This document shows positions 12,129 through 24,149 of a stretch of DNA of 60,957 nucleotides, piece by piece (positions within the stretch are counted from its first letter, which is position 1; every line of letters starts with the position of its first letter). The notes beneath the pieces were generated by a model. That model did not search any database and was not told where the DNA came from. It worked only from the letters and a program-made list of their open reading frames with translations. The stretch spans positions 1 through 60,957 of the forward strand of contig JAXLNO010000318.1 in the NCBI GenBank assembly GCA_038087875.1, in the 5' to 3' direction. The stretch is from Malacoraja senta (Eukaryota). Position numbers and translations under genes: made by a program.

Positions 12129-12820
12129 GTGGCGGCACAGCGCTGGAGCGCTATCGGAGAGCGTAGCGGGCGATGCCTTGCCTGGGTCGCCACGCTGGAT
12201 CGACGCGCTGGCTGCCGACATCAACACCTCCGGGCTGCGGGACTGCGGAGCGACCAGCCGCGGGCGGCGGCGCCCACTCCAACATCGGGAGCCTCGTGGC
12301 TCCAAATCGGCGCTGCCCTGTCGGTTTCAGGTGCCATCGACTCCGCTGGGAAACCAGCCGTTCCAGCCGCTGCGAGGACTCTCCCGACGGCCAGGAACAT
12401 TGGGCCTCCGTAGAGGCGACTGTGGTGGCGTCGACGGGCCTGACTCTGGGGAGAACTGTGTTGGGGACTGGACATTGTGCCTTCCCCCACAGTGGTGGTC
12501 ATTGTGGGGGGATGATTTTGTGTGCTGTGCCTGTTAGTCCGTGTACAAGATGGCGGTCGGAGGGGAGAGTGGACGCTGGCGCGAATTGGTCGCCGCTGCT
12601 CTCTCCTCAAATTGTGTTTCTTATTTTCTTTTGGTGCTCTTGCAATTGAATTCTGTCCTTGATTTGTGTACTGTGGTGTTTTTATATTTAATTTATTCCG
12701 ATTATGTGTTTTGTATTTTTTTGTTGTTGTTTGTTTTTTGTGATTCTATGCATTGTAAGGTGTCCTTGGGTTTTAGAAAGGCGCCAGTAAATAAAATGAT
12801 TATTATTATTATTATTATTA
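12129..12820 (+). mobile_element. 5'-truncated GC-rich retroposon with L2-like tail (copy B), inserted in a (TG)n tract
   Basis: Colinear with 828-1587 (GGCGATGCCTTGCCTGGGTCGCC, CAAGATGGCGGTCGGAGGGGAGAGTGGACGCTGGCG). Ends in AATAAA plus (ATT)n. Confidence 0.85.
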
Positions 12821-12822
12821 TA

Positions 12823-12883
12823 GTGTCTGTGTGTGTGTGTGTGCGTGTGTATGTGTGAGTATGTGTGTGTATGTGTGTGTGTG

Positions 12884-12926
<43 letters not shown>

Positions 12927-12976
12927 GTATGTGTGAGTATGTGTGTGTATGTGTGTGTGTGTGTATATATGTGTGT

Positions 12977-13038
<62 letters not shown>

Positions 13039-13042
13039 GTGT

Positions 13043-13109
<67 letters not shown>

Positions 13110-13221
13110 TGTGTGTGTGTGAGAGTGTGTGTGTGTGTGTGTGTGAGAGTGTATGTGTGTGTGTGTGAGTCTGTGTTGTGTGTGTCTGAGAGTCTGTGTG
13201 TGTGTGTGTGTGTGTCTGAGA

Positions 13222-13252
<31 letters not shown>

Positions 13253-13300
13253 AGTCTGTGTGTGTGTGAGTGTCTGTGTGAGGTGGAGGGTGTGTGTGTG
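12823..13300. repeat. Long imperfect (TG)n microsatellite (continues at 12052-12128 on the other side of the insertion)
   Basis: Seen directly in the sequence. Confidence 0.97.
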
Positions 13301-13750
13301 ATCAACAAATAACAAATAGTACAAATAATATAGTATTTCGTAGTTCAGAGCTTATTCGTTATATTTAATAGCCTGATGGGTGTGAGGAAGAGGCTGTTCC
13401 TCAATGTGGATGTTACAGTTTTCAGTTTACAAAAGCCGGCCGTGACTCCAGAAATCGGGCATAAGTCAGTCAGTCCACAAGCCGTGATTCAGTCTGTCAG
13501 TCCAGAGGCCATGAGTTAGTCCCAAGGCAGTGAGTCCAGAGGCATGAGTGGGTCACTCACTGCCGCCCCCCCCCCCCCCCCACTGGCATCCCCACCTCAA
13601 GACGCTGCCTCTCGCCTGGTTATAGGATGCTCCCTCTCCTGAAGCCGCCCCCATCCCCCGCTGCAGGACACCCCCTCCCTCATCAGCCCACGAGAGCCCC
13701 CGCCTGAAGCCGTCCCCCTCCCTCGGTTGCAGGACGTTTGGCACCCCCGG

Positions 13751-13888
13751 GGTGGAAGATTGCAACCTTCACGTGGTCCGCCCTGTTTCGACTAATGCAA
13801 TCAACTCGACGTGCACAAACAGAAGATCAAATAGAACAAGTTGTCCTACAACTTTAGGCTGTGCACGCCACATGAAAGAAGAAGAAGC
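13751..13888 (+). mobile_element. Short retroposed fragment with (GAA)n tail, family unassigned
   Basis: Compositionally distinct ~140-bp insert in a C-rich tract, ending in AAGAAGAAGAAG. Confidence 0.45.
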
Positions 13889-14356
13889 CACCCCCCACCC
13901 CACCCTGACAGCCCCCGCCTCAAAAAAATGTTTTGCACAAATTCTTCAGTGAGTCCAGAGGATTGGGAATTACAACAAATTACAACCACTCAATCTCTCT
14001 ATATTAAAATTGTCTCTTTTTTTTTCAACAGTAAATAGCCATCAAGAGGCAGCGAGCAGCAGAACACAACAAGAGACACAACAAGAAAGAACTTAATAAT
14101 TCTCATCTTTAACTTTTAATTTGTTCTTGTATTTTAAGTCATTCACAATTTAAACTTTAATAAATCCATTTTGCACTTTTCATGCTTGCGTGTTCTTCAT
14201 CACAAATGGAACCCAATAGGCAGGAATGGCTGCTCTGTGGGAGAGATCCGCTAAGAGTGCATGGGGGGAGGTTGTGGGGAGATGGACTGAATGCGTGGGG
14301 GGGAGGGGAATGGCAAGGAGCAGAGTGGGGGGATGAAGGGAGGAGGAGCGGACTGA

Positions 14357-14680
14357 ATGAACTGCCAGCGTACCAGGCGTGAGTGACTGAACTGCCAGCC
14401 CACCAGCCGTGAGTGACCGCACTGCCAGCCCCACCAGCCATGAGGAAGTCAACTGTCAGCCCACCAGCTGTAAATGACTGAACTGTCAGCCCACCAGCCG
14501 TGAGTGACTGCACTGCCAGCCCACCAGCCCTGAGTAAGTGAACTGCCAGCCCACCAGCTGTAAGTGACTGAACTAGCAGCCCACAAGCCGTGAGTGACTG
14601 CACTGCCAGCCTGCCAGCCCACCAGCCCTGAGTAAGTGAGCTGCCAGCCATCCAGCCATGACTCACTGAACTGCCAGCCC
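14357..14680. repeat. 30-bp minisatellite inside Helitron, about 10 copies
   Basis: Unit approximately GTGACTGAACTGCCAGCCCACCAGCCGTGA, giving 10-aa periodicity (AVQSLTAGGL) in the ORF track. Confidence 0.92.
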
Positions 14681-15073
14681 AATAATCCATTCAGTCCACC
14701 CTCTCCACCTTCTCTCTCACAGAGTCTGTCACCTGTTTTGGACACAATTTCTGGCAGTTTCTCAGCTGCCAGCCTGGCAGGTCCGAGTGACTGTACTGCC
14801 TGGCCTCAGTGACTGAGCTTCCAGCCCAATAATCCATTCGGCCCATAATGTCCATACCAGCCCTCTTGAAACCAGACCCTTCGGCCCAAAACACCCATAC
14901 TAGCACAACAGAAAGCCCCCCCCCCCCACTGGCCAGCATTATTGGAATTGGTGGAGAGGTGGAATATTGCGTTGGGTGACCAGCCCTCCCGTGCGATGCT
15001 GGGACCCAACGGGTCCCACTTAGTCTAGTTGCTGATAAAATTTGGAGATGAGAGGCCGCATTTGGAGTATTGT

Positions 15074-15170
15074 CAGTGTGAAGAAGGGTTTCGGCCCGAA
15101 ACGTTGCCTATTTCCTTCGCTCCATAGATGCTGCTGCATCCGCTTAGTTTCTCCAGCATTTTTGACTACC
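15074..15170 (+). mobile_element. 97-bp solo Penelope pLTR insertion
   Basis: 13-bp TSD TTTGGAGTATTGT (15061-15073, 15171-15183). Near-identical to 7539-7636. Interrupts an old CR1 RT fragment. Confidence 0.88.
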
Positions 15171-16086
15171 TTTGGAGTATTGTGTTCAGTTTTCATTGTA
15201 CCGCTGTGGGCAAATTCATTTCACATGCACTTTATGTGCAAGTGACGAATAAAACTGAATGATTGATTGAGTTTTGGTCATCCTACGATTGGAAAGATGC
15301 CATTAAGCTAGAAAGAGTACAGAGAAGATTTAAGGTCATAGGTTTAATGTGCACCTGAGTTTCTCCTCATGACCTACCCTTCCTATCCCCTCCCCCATCT
15401 GTCTCCATCAGCCCATCATCCCTCCTTTATCCATTTCTACATCTCCTTCCAGTCTCTGTCACTATCTTACCTCTTCCTACCTCCACCTGGCTCCATCTGC
15501 CTATTATGTTTCGTCCTTTCCTTATCTGTTTCTACCTATCATCCTCAGCCTCTCTTTCTTGACTCTACCCTTCTCCTCCCCCTAACTGGCTCCATCCCTC
15601 CATCGTTGGCCACCTCATCCGGTTCCAACTATTACCTGAATCTGAATCTGAGTCTCACCTATTTAGTTCAGTTTAGTTTATTGTCACGTGTACCGAGGTA
15701 CAGTGAAAAGCTTTTGTTGCTTGCTTCCCAGTCAGTGGAAAGACTACACATGATTATAATCGAGCCATCCACAGCGTACAGATGCATGATGAAGGGAATA
15801 ATGTTTAGTGCAAGATACAGTCTAGTAAAATCCAATTAAAGGTCTTTAATGAGGTAGATAGTAGTTTTCCATGTTCTCCAGAGATACTGCCTGATCTGGT
15901 GAGTTACTGGCATTTTGTGTCCTTCTGTGCAGTACCTTGTTTTTACATCTCAAATTCCTTTACATTCCCAATCTCACACTCCCTCTCACCTCTTTAACTG
16001 CTGATTATCTTTTCCTGCACACTCTCAGTCTTGGTGCAGGGTCATAGCCTTTAAACATCAACCTTGCCCCCTCAAATGTTGCTTAA

Positions 16087-16600
16087 AGGGCCTGTCCCAC
16101 GAGCATGCGATTGCATGCGGCTAGCGCGACCAAACGTGGTGGCTTGAGGCGTACGGCCTCGCGAGGCCGGTCCCACTTCCAACCGCGGAGCCGTATGGAG
16201 CTGTTTCCGACATCATACTCACCAATCAGCTGGGCAGGAGGCGGGCCGACTGAATTTGGACGTCGCTCGGCGTCGGGCGGTTACGACATCACGCAACAGC
16301 ACGCCGGGCGGTGATGTCATCGCGCAATGCCACACGCTAGGCGTACGCCGTCAAGACGCTGCGTACGGCGTGAAGACGCTGCATTTGGCGTCAAGACGCT
16401 GCGTGCGGCGTTGAGGCAGTGCGTACGTCATCGAGGCGGTGCGTGCGGTCTCCATGCGGCAGCGGGCCGGCAGGCCTTTGCCGCACGGTATTTTTGAACA
16501 TTGTCCGTTTTTTGGAGCCCCGCGCGATGTCGGGACCAGCTCCGCACAACTCGAAGTGGGACCGGCCCCGCGAGGCCGCGCGGCTAGCGGGACAGGCCCT
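16087..16600. mobile_element. PIF/Harbinger-type MITE
   Basis: TIRs AGGGCCTGTCCC / GGGACAGGCCCT with a 3-bp TAA TSD on both sides. Subterminal inverted repeat (16154-16179 vs 16553-16578). CpG-rich, no transposase. Confidence 0.85.
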
Positions 16601-17514
16601 TAACTAGCTGAGAAGGAGATAACAGCAACAACATCCAAATAGCCTTATTCTGCTCAGTTCTCCTTTGCTTTGCACTGACATTGTCTAACCTGTTAATTCT
16701 AGGGGAATTTATCATTCCAATGCCATTAGTGACAGGTTATTTCAGCAGACAAAGTAAATCAGACCTTCTTTATCCAAATCTCAGGGTTTAAGACACAAGC
16801 TGGCATTTTCAATTTAATCATCTTTTAATGCACATATCTTAATAAAAACGTGTTAAAAACCTTGTGGCAGGCCTATAACATTAGAAACCTCAACGCACAG
16901 CAGTTGGACTGCTCAACCATAAATTATTGATACCAAACATGCATTTGAGATTCACCAGCCTATAAGAGGCCCAGTGTATATACAGCGTGGTGGTACAACA
17001 ATCACTAGCTTCATAAAGCATGAATTAATTACTGCCATCTCACTGACTGTCAACACTAGGTCCATGCCTTTTTCCGCAATTCATAAACAAGTATTCTTTG
17101 GAAGCTAAATTTTTTCAATCTGTGTCCATTTTTAAATCCAGATCTTTAGTTTCCGAAGAGACTTGTCTGAGGATGACTGACAATCGCAAGTAGATTATTT
17201 ATGCTGATGGGTGCAGGGATTGTAATAAAAAATCTAAAATCAATGAAGTGAGTGAGTTGATCAAGAATTTAACAGCACTGTCATAGCAAATCAGTGCAGT
17301 AATATTGATTCAGTTGATTTGATGCAACACAAACACTTGGGCACAGTTTAAAAGCTGCATTTAGAGTACCAACTGTTCATAACTTTCACTATATCTAAAT
17401 CTGCCTGACATGCCCCTTAAATTAATATGGCCCTCTGAAGGAACGTCATGCCCTAGTGTGGGAATGATTTTCTAATTTCCTCCCTTCCCCCTCTCAGAGA
17501 ATGGCCATGGTTCT

Positions 17515-17908
17515 AAGCACAGGAGGATGAGGGGAGATCTTATGGAGATACAAAATGATGAGAGGAATAAATCGGGCAGATGCACAGTCTCTTGCCCAGA
17601 GTAGGGGAATAGAGGACCAGAGGACAAAGGTTCAAGGTGAAGGAGAAAAGATATAATAGGAATCCGAGGGGTCACTTTTTCACACAAAGGGTGGTGAGGG
17701 TATGGAACAAGCTGCCAGAGGAGGTAGTTGAGGCTGAGACTATCCCATCGTTTAAGAAACAGTTCGACAGGTACATGGCTAGGACAGGTTTGCAGGGATA
17801 TGGACCAAGCGGAGGAAAGCGGGACTAGTGTAGCTGGGACATTGTCGGCCGGTGTGGGCGAGTTGGGCCGAAGGGCCTGTTTCCACACTGTATCACTCTA
17901 TGACTCTA
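17515..17908 (+). mobile_element. CR1 LINE 3' fragment
   Basis: ORF 17637-17828 RGHFFTQRVVRVWNKLPEEVVEA. Ends in a ctctatga repeat tail. Confidence 0.85.
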
Positions 17909-17976
17909 TTAGGAAAATAACAAGTGTAAAAAAAACCTGTGGATTAATCAAGGGTGACTTTAATAATCATGTTCAT

Positions 17977-18745
17977 ATTATCTGAACGGTGGCCATTGGA
18001 AAAAGGGGAGATGCAACGAGACCTGGGTGTCATGGTACACCAGTCATTGAAAGTAGGCATGCAGGTGCAGCAGGCAGTGAAGAAAGCGAATGGTATGTTA
18101 GCATTCATAGCAAAAGGATTTGAGTATAAGAGCAGGGAGGTTCTACTGCAGTTGTACAGGGTCTTGGTGAGAACACACCTGGAGTAATACGTACAGTTTT
18201 GTTCTCCTAATCTGAGGAAATACATTCTTGCCATAGAGGGGGTAGAGAGAAGGTTCACCAGACTGATTCCTGGGATGGCAGGACTTTCATATGAAGAAAG
18301 ACTGGATAGACTCGACTTGTACTCGCTAGAATTTAGAAGATTGAGGGGGAATCTTATAGAAACTTACAAAATTCTTAAGGGGTTGGACAGGCTAGATGCA
18401 GGAAGATTGTTCCCGATGTTGGGGAAGTCCAGAACAAGGGGTCACAGTTTAAAGATAAGGGGGAAGTCTTTTACGACTGAGATGAGAAAAACATTTTTCA
18501 CACAGAGAGTGGTGAACCTCTGGAATTCTCTGCCACAGAAGGTAGTTGAGGCCAGTTCATTGGCTATATTTAAGAGGGAGTTAGATGTGGCCCTTGAGGC
18601 TAAGGGGATCAGGGGGTATGGAGAGAAGGCAGGTACGGGATACTGAGTTGGATGATCAGCAATGACCATATTGAATGGCGGTGCAGGCTCGAAGGGACGA
18701 ATGGCCTACTCCTGCACCTATTTTCTATGTTTCTATGTTTCTATG
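17977..18745 (+). mobile_element. CR1 LINE, 5'-truncated
   Basis: ORFs 17954-18187 and 18275-18646 encode the CR1 ORF2 C-terminus. (TTTCTATG)n tail. Confidence 0.92.
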
Positions 18746-19399
18746 TTGTTTTGGTTAATCAAATTGGAAATGGCAGCAAAGAAAACCGATTCATTGGGTA
18801 CATTTAGTTTAGTTTTTAGTTTAGTTCTGTTCATTGTTGTACTGAGGTATAGTGAAAAGCTTGTTGTTGTGTGCTATCCAGTCAGCGAAAAGGCTATCCA
18901 ACATTACAATCAAGCCATTCACAGGGCACAAATGCAGGATAAAGGGTATAATGTGTGGTGCTTGTTAAAGTCCGATAAAGTCCGATTAAAGATTGTTCAA
19001 AAGTCTCCAATGAGGTAGATGGGAGGTCAGGACTAGCCTCCAGCTGGTGAGAGGACAGTTTAGTTGCCTGACAACAGAACGTATCCCAGAGCAATATGTT
19101 ATGGAGCCAACCAGACAACAGGCTATTTTGGATCTGGTGATGTGTAGCAATTGAGGTTCAGTAAATGGCCACTGAGTAAAAGATCCCCTCGGTAGTAACA
19201 ATCACAACAATGTTCAGCATGAATGTGAGAAATTTGAGTATGTAATAATCGTTAGACTTAAATAAGAAGAACCACAGAGAAAGATAGAACTAGCTGAAGA
19301 ACTAGTTGGGAAGGGTCCCTTCCTGAAATGTTGCCTGTCCATTCCCTCCACAGATGCTGCCTGACCCGTTGTGTTCATCCAGTACTTTGTGTTTTGCTC

Positions 19400-19913
19400 G
19401 TGGCGACCCGACTTCGGGGCTGCGGTGGCGTTCCGGCGGTGGCGACCAAAGACACTGGTGGCGACCTGAATCCGGAGGCTCGGCAGGTCACAGGTGGGTG
19501 ACCTGTTTTTCTGGAGCTCCCGCAACTACAGCTGCGTCCGCTGGACTGGAGGGCGGCAGCTTCGGCAGCTTCGACCGCCCCGGGCCGCGGAGTTTGAACC
19601 GGCCCGTCGCGGAGCGGAGCTCGGATTCAGCCGCGGGACTGACTGAGTTACCATCACCCGGCGTGGTCACAACATCAGAAGCCTGGATCGCCTCAGCGCA
19701 GAGGAAGAACAAAGAGGGAAGAGACAGAGACTTTAAGACTTTTGCCTCCATCACAGTGAGGAGGTGCCTGGTGAACTCACTGTGGTGGATGTTAATTTGT
19801 GTTTATTGTGTGTTTTGTTATTTATTATTATATGTATGACTGCAGGCAATGAAATTTCGTTCAGACCGAAAGGTCTGAATGACAAATAAAGGAATCTCTA
19901 ATCTCTAATCTCT
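19400..19913 (+). mobile_element. GC-rich non-autonomous retroposon with Rex-like tail (copy D), inserted in a Penelope pLTR
   Basis: Splits the pLTR motif ttttgctc|gattccagcatctgcag. Hairpin at 19748-19788. 3' GAAA-loop hairpin at 19860-19879, then AATAAA and an (AATCTCT)n tail. Confidence 0.75.
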
Positions 19914-20789
19914 GATTCCAGCATCTGCAGTTCCTTGCGTTTCCTGGTTAAATTACATTATTAGGTGTGACAACAGACCATAGAGTAGCAAGAATTTAGA
20001 GCATAGAATTTAAGAAGATAATTCTGTCATCGGGAAGAATGTAAACTGTAACGACCAGGTTCAGGAACAGTCTCTTCCCAACAACCATCAGGCTCCAACA
20101 TCAGGCTACAAACTCCAACTAAACTCCAAATTATGAACTGACTGGAATGCACTAGGGACTTTGAGTTTTGTTTTGTTTTTGCACTGTATATATTTGTTAA
20201 TTTATTGAACGTCTTTTCTTTTTTTATGTATGTTATCTATTGAGTACTGCGTTCACAAACTTGTTTTGCGGTTGCTGCAAGTAAGAATTTCATTGATTCA
20301 TTCTTCCATTTCGGGACATATGACAATAAAACACGCTTGATTCTGTTAATTCATAACACTCAGCAAATAGAGCATAGGGGTTGGACGCGGGAGATGGTGA
20401 ACTAACCATGGCCAACCGAGGGAGTTAAGTGGGCATAAATTGAAGGAGGAAACATATAAAGGTGCGGTGGGCTGGAATATTGAGATTAATGCAGAATCCA
20501 GCAGAGGAGGATTAACAACATGAAGAAAGCAAACTAATGAGAACATAAAAAAATATTATGAGTTTCTTTAAGTACAAAAAAGGAAGAAGGAGATCACCGT
20601 AAACACAGAGCACTTAGAGAATGTGGCTGATGAAATAGTTATGGTTACTATTATAAATATTATAAATAGTTATGGGAACTAAATTGCAGAAAATGTAAGC
20701 CAATATCTGACACCTTGTTTTATTGTAGAAGATATTAGGAACATCCCAGTAATAAAAAAAAATACAATGAGGAATTAAATGCCATTACC

Positions 20790-21082
20790 AGGGTGGAACA
20801 GTAGCACAGCTGGTAGAGCTGCTGCCTCACAGCATCAAAGACCTGGGTTTGATCCCAACCTGGGATGCTGTCTATGTGGAGTTTGCATGTTCTCCCTGTA
20901 ACCGCTTGGGTTTCTTCTTGGTGCTCCGGTTTCCCCCCACATTCCAAAGACATGCAACTTTTTCGGTTAGTTTGCCTCTGTAAAAAAAAAAAAATTGCCC
21001 CCACAGTATTGGGAATAGATGAGAAAGTGGTGGTAATAGGGGGTCAATGATTGGTGGGCTGAAGGGTTTGTTTCCTAACTGT
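20790..21082 (+). mobile_element. tRNA-derived V-domain SINE
   Basis: Box A/B-like head (gcacagctggtagag; gggtttgatcc), V-domain core (tgtggagtttgcatgttctccc..ctccggtttccc), CR1-like tail. Confidence 0.8.
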
Positions 21083-22151
21083 AAACAAAAAAATGGAAAA
21101 TGGAATGAATGAATGAATACTTTATTGTCACATGTGACAAGACACAGTGAAATTCTTTGTTTGCATACCCAAGGTATGCAAATGGTTGCCACATAAAGGG
21201 TACTGACAAAGTTAAACAATATCCCGTGCCAGGTCCTCCTTTGCATTTTTTCTTCCTCCAATTAAAATTAGTATTAGACAAGCTAATGCAGGAAATGGTG
21301 GGATACGGATCAGGTTCAGGCAGTGGAGATTAACATGGAGACTCTGTAAACTGAAGTGCCGGTACACATGCTGTGCTGTTCTCATTGGGCATTGATGTCA
21401 ATGGGGTCAAACCCTGACTCGTTATAGCAAACAATCGGCAATAACAGACACCATTCCCCCCTTTTATGGTTGTCTATAACGAGGGTTTACTGAAAGTGTT
21501 TGATATTGTTTTCCTCCAATACTTACTCTTTTTATCCCACCTGCTTAAAATTATCAGCTTTCGGCTTAGAAATCACTGACACTGGTCCTTTGGGTAACAT
21601 TCATCATGAAGGATTTTTGCCTCACCATAGGCAAACTAATGGTGCCACAGGAACTGAATATCCAGGGTATTCCGAGCCCCTGTTGGTCTCATGTTGATGA
21701 GTTTATTGAAGTATTTGTCCATGTTAATTTCTTGAAGCAATCTCCTTCTCTGTTACCTCTCGCGGCTTGTCAGCTCCCTCTGGGATTAACTGCCAGTTCT
21801 AATTATTAAACATTAAGGCAATGTGCAAATCTCTGAAATGCCGAGTTAAATTGCCCGTAGACTATTAATTGCTATTTCACAAACATATATCAGGCAAAAC
21901 AAAACCACTGAAGCCAAGTTAACTTGCATTAACTTCTCTAATTCCAGGAACTAACTTATCTTGTGCTTGCCTCATGATCCCATCATTATTAGCAACCATA
22001 TTCATAGTAGTACTCAGGACCTTTGATCTCTTTCAACAATATTGTCATCATATATCGCTGTCATTTTTTTTCTTTTTCATTTATATATTGGAGACTGAAT
22101 TTTAGTTTTTACTTGCTAAGAACTAAACAGCAAGTAACGACTTGCAACTAC

Positions 22152-22600
22152 CATAGAAACAGAGAAACATAGTAAACAGGTGCAGGTGTAGGCCATTCTG
22201 CCCTTCAAGCCGGCACCACCATTCAATATGATCATAGCTGATCATCCAGAATCAGTACCCCGTTCCTGCTTTCTCCCCATAACCCTTGATTCCGTTAGCC
22301 TTAAGAGCTATATCCAACTCTCTCTTGAATGCATACAGTGAATTGGCCCCCACTGCCTTCTGTGGCAGAGAATTCCACAGATTCACAACTCTCTGGGTGA
22401 AAAAGGTTTTTCTCATCTCAGTCCTAATGGCCAACCCCTTATTCTTAAACTGTGACTCCCCCAACAGTGGGAACATTTTTCCTGCATCTAGCCTGTCCAA
22501 TCCCTTAATAATTTCATATCTTTCTATAAGATCCCCTTCTCATCCTTCTAATTTCCAGTGAAGCCCAGTCGATCCATTCTTTCATCATATGTCAGTCCCG
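22152..22600 (-). mobile_element. CR1 LINE 3' fragment
   Basis: ORF 22252-22500(-) ..FTQRVVNLWNSLPQ..GYGEKAGTGY. Confidence 0.9.
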
Positions 22601-23844
22601 CTGTACTACACCCGTGCTGTACTTGCCTGCACCCCGGCATGAAAAATGTCTCTGACTGTTGTTCTGCCTGTGATGTACATGGTGACACTTTTGTCTTCCA
22701 CTGGGGGTATGGTGTCAAAGTGTCTGTAGTGTCTATAGTCCTACTGAGGCAGTCCCCAGTGAACAGAAAGTGTAAAATAAACATTTTCACTTGTGGAGGA
22801 ACCCAAAACACAGGGTCATGAAGATAAAAGTGATCCCTAATACATTTAACAAAGAAGTCAGAACCAACTCCAGCAAAATAGATGTCACATGTTGAGTAAT
22901 GATAGGAGAGGTCTGTACCAAACGTTGTGATGTGTATGCCATAATAATGCCTATGGTCTAATAGGGTTTTACATTTGTTGTGCTGTCCATTGAATCTTTA
23001 CAGGGTCTGTAAAGGAAAACCTAATTTATTGTCTTCAGATAAAGAGGCCAGCTAATGTAGTTAGGTGTTTGGATCAAGACCTCAGTTCGAGAGTCAGAAG
23101 ACTATCAGGAAGTTGGGGAATAGATCAGGATGCGGGAATAGCAGATCTCTATGAGGTTTTGGGGTGATGGGTGGATAGGATAGATGTTATGGATAGGATG
23201 GATTCAGAGGGATATGGGCCAAATGCTGGCAGGTGGGACTAGTGTGGATGGGGCATGTTGGTCGGTGTGGGCAAGTTGGGCCGAAGGGCCTGTTTCCATG
23301 CTGTATGACTATAACTCTCTATGAGTCCAGGAGTAGAGAGGATAAAAGTAAAGGAACTGAGAGGAGTTCTCAAACTGGGGCTGGATCCATTTACAAAGCT
23401 AACAAAACATATTTTGTTTCAGATTGAACAATATGCATATTTCATAAATATCCAGCCTAATTTTAGAAGAGAAAATACTGGAAACATACAATAAATCAAG
23501 CAGCATGCATGGAAAAACAATATTTCATGTTAATCATCATTCAAGGGCATCACTGAAATATTGTCTGTTTCCTTTTCCATTGATGCTGTTTCACGCATTT
23601 TCTGCTTTAATTTCAGATTTCCAGCATCTGCGTTTTTAAATATTTTTCAATCTGATCCGAGTTCCTGTGCAGTGTGTTAAAGGAGCATTTCACGGGGAAT
23701 GACATTACTCCAAATATATCATGTGTAAAAAAATCAAAGTGTCAGCACAAATGTGATATATGGCAAAGTTCCCAATTGAATTTCTGGACTGGTGCAATTC
23801 AACCCAGAAATTGATGCAATCATATTTGACTTGAATGTAAAGTG

Positions 23845-24149
23845 AGATGCAGCACAGAAACAGGCCCTTCATCCTACCGAGTCCATGTTGATCATCAACC
23901 TCCCATTTTATTGTAATCTAACATGATTCCCATTTCATTCTACCCTAGATTTTAACCTTCATCCACACACTGGGGACAATTAACCTACAAACTTGCATGT
24001 CTTTGGGATGTAGGAGGAAACCGGAGCACACGGGTGTATCCCCATGGGGACACAGGGATAGCGTGCAAACTCCACAGAAAGAGAGCACCTGGGGTTGGGA
24101 TTGAACCCGGTTTCTCTGGAGCAGCTCCACCAGCGACGGTACTATGCCA
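23845..24149 (-). mobile_element. V-domain SINE
   Basis: Reverse complement carries the same head and V core as 20790-21082. Confidence 0.75.

Larger units (their letters stand above)
10739..15028 (+). mobile_element. Non-autonomous Helitron, about 4.3 kb
   Basis: 5' end A|TCTATATTACTAAA. 3' hairpin TGGGACCC-AAC-GGGTCCCA (15000-15018) followed by CTAG|T (15025-15028). No TSD. The 5' 350 bp is homologous to 30641-30990. No Rep/helicase ORF. Pairing of the two ends is inferred. Confidence 0.78.

Noticed and set aside
12688..13324. His/Thr- and Cys/Val-rich ORFs
   Set aside because: They are translations of a (TG)n microsatellite.
20790..20870. tRNA-like box A/B heads as tRNA genes
   Set aside because: No complete cloverleaf. 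Each head is fused to a V-domain core and a LINE-like tail, so these are SINEs.
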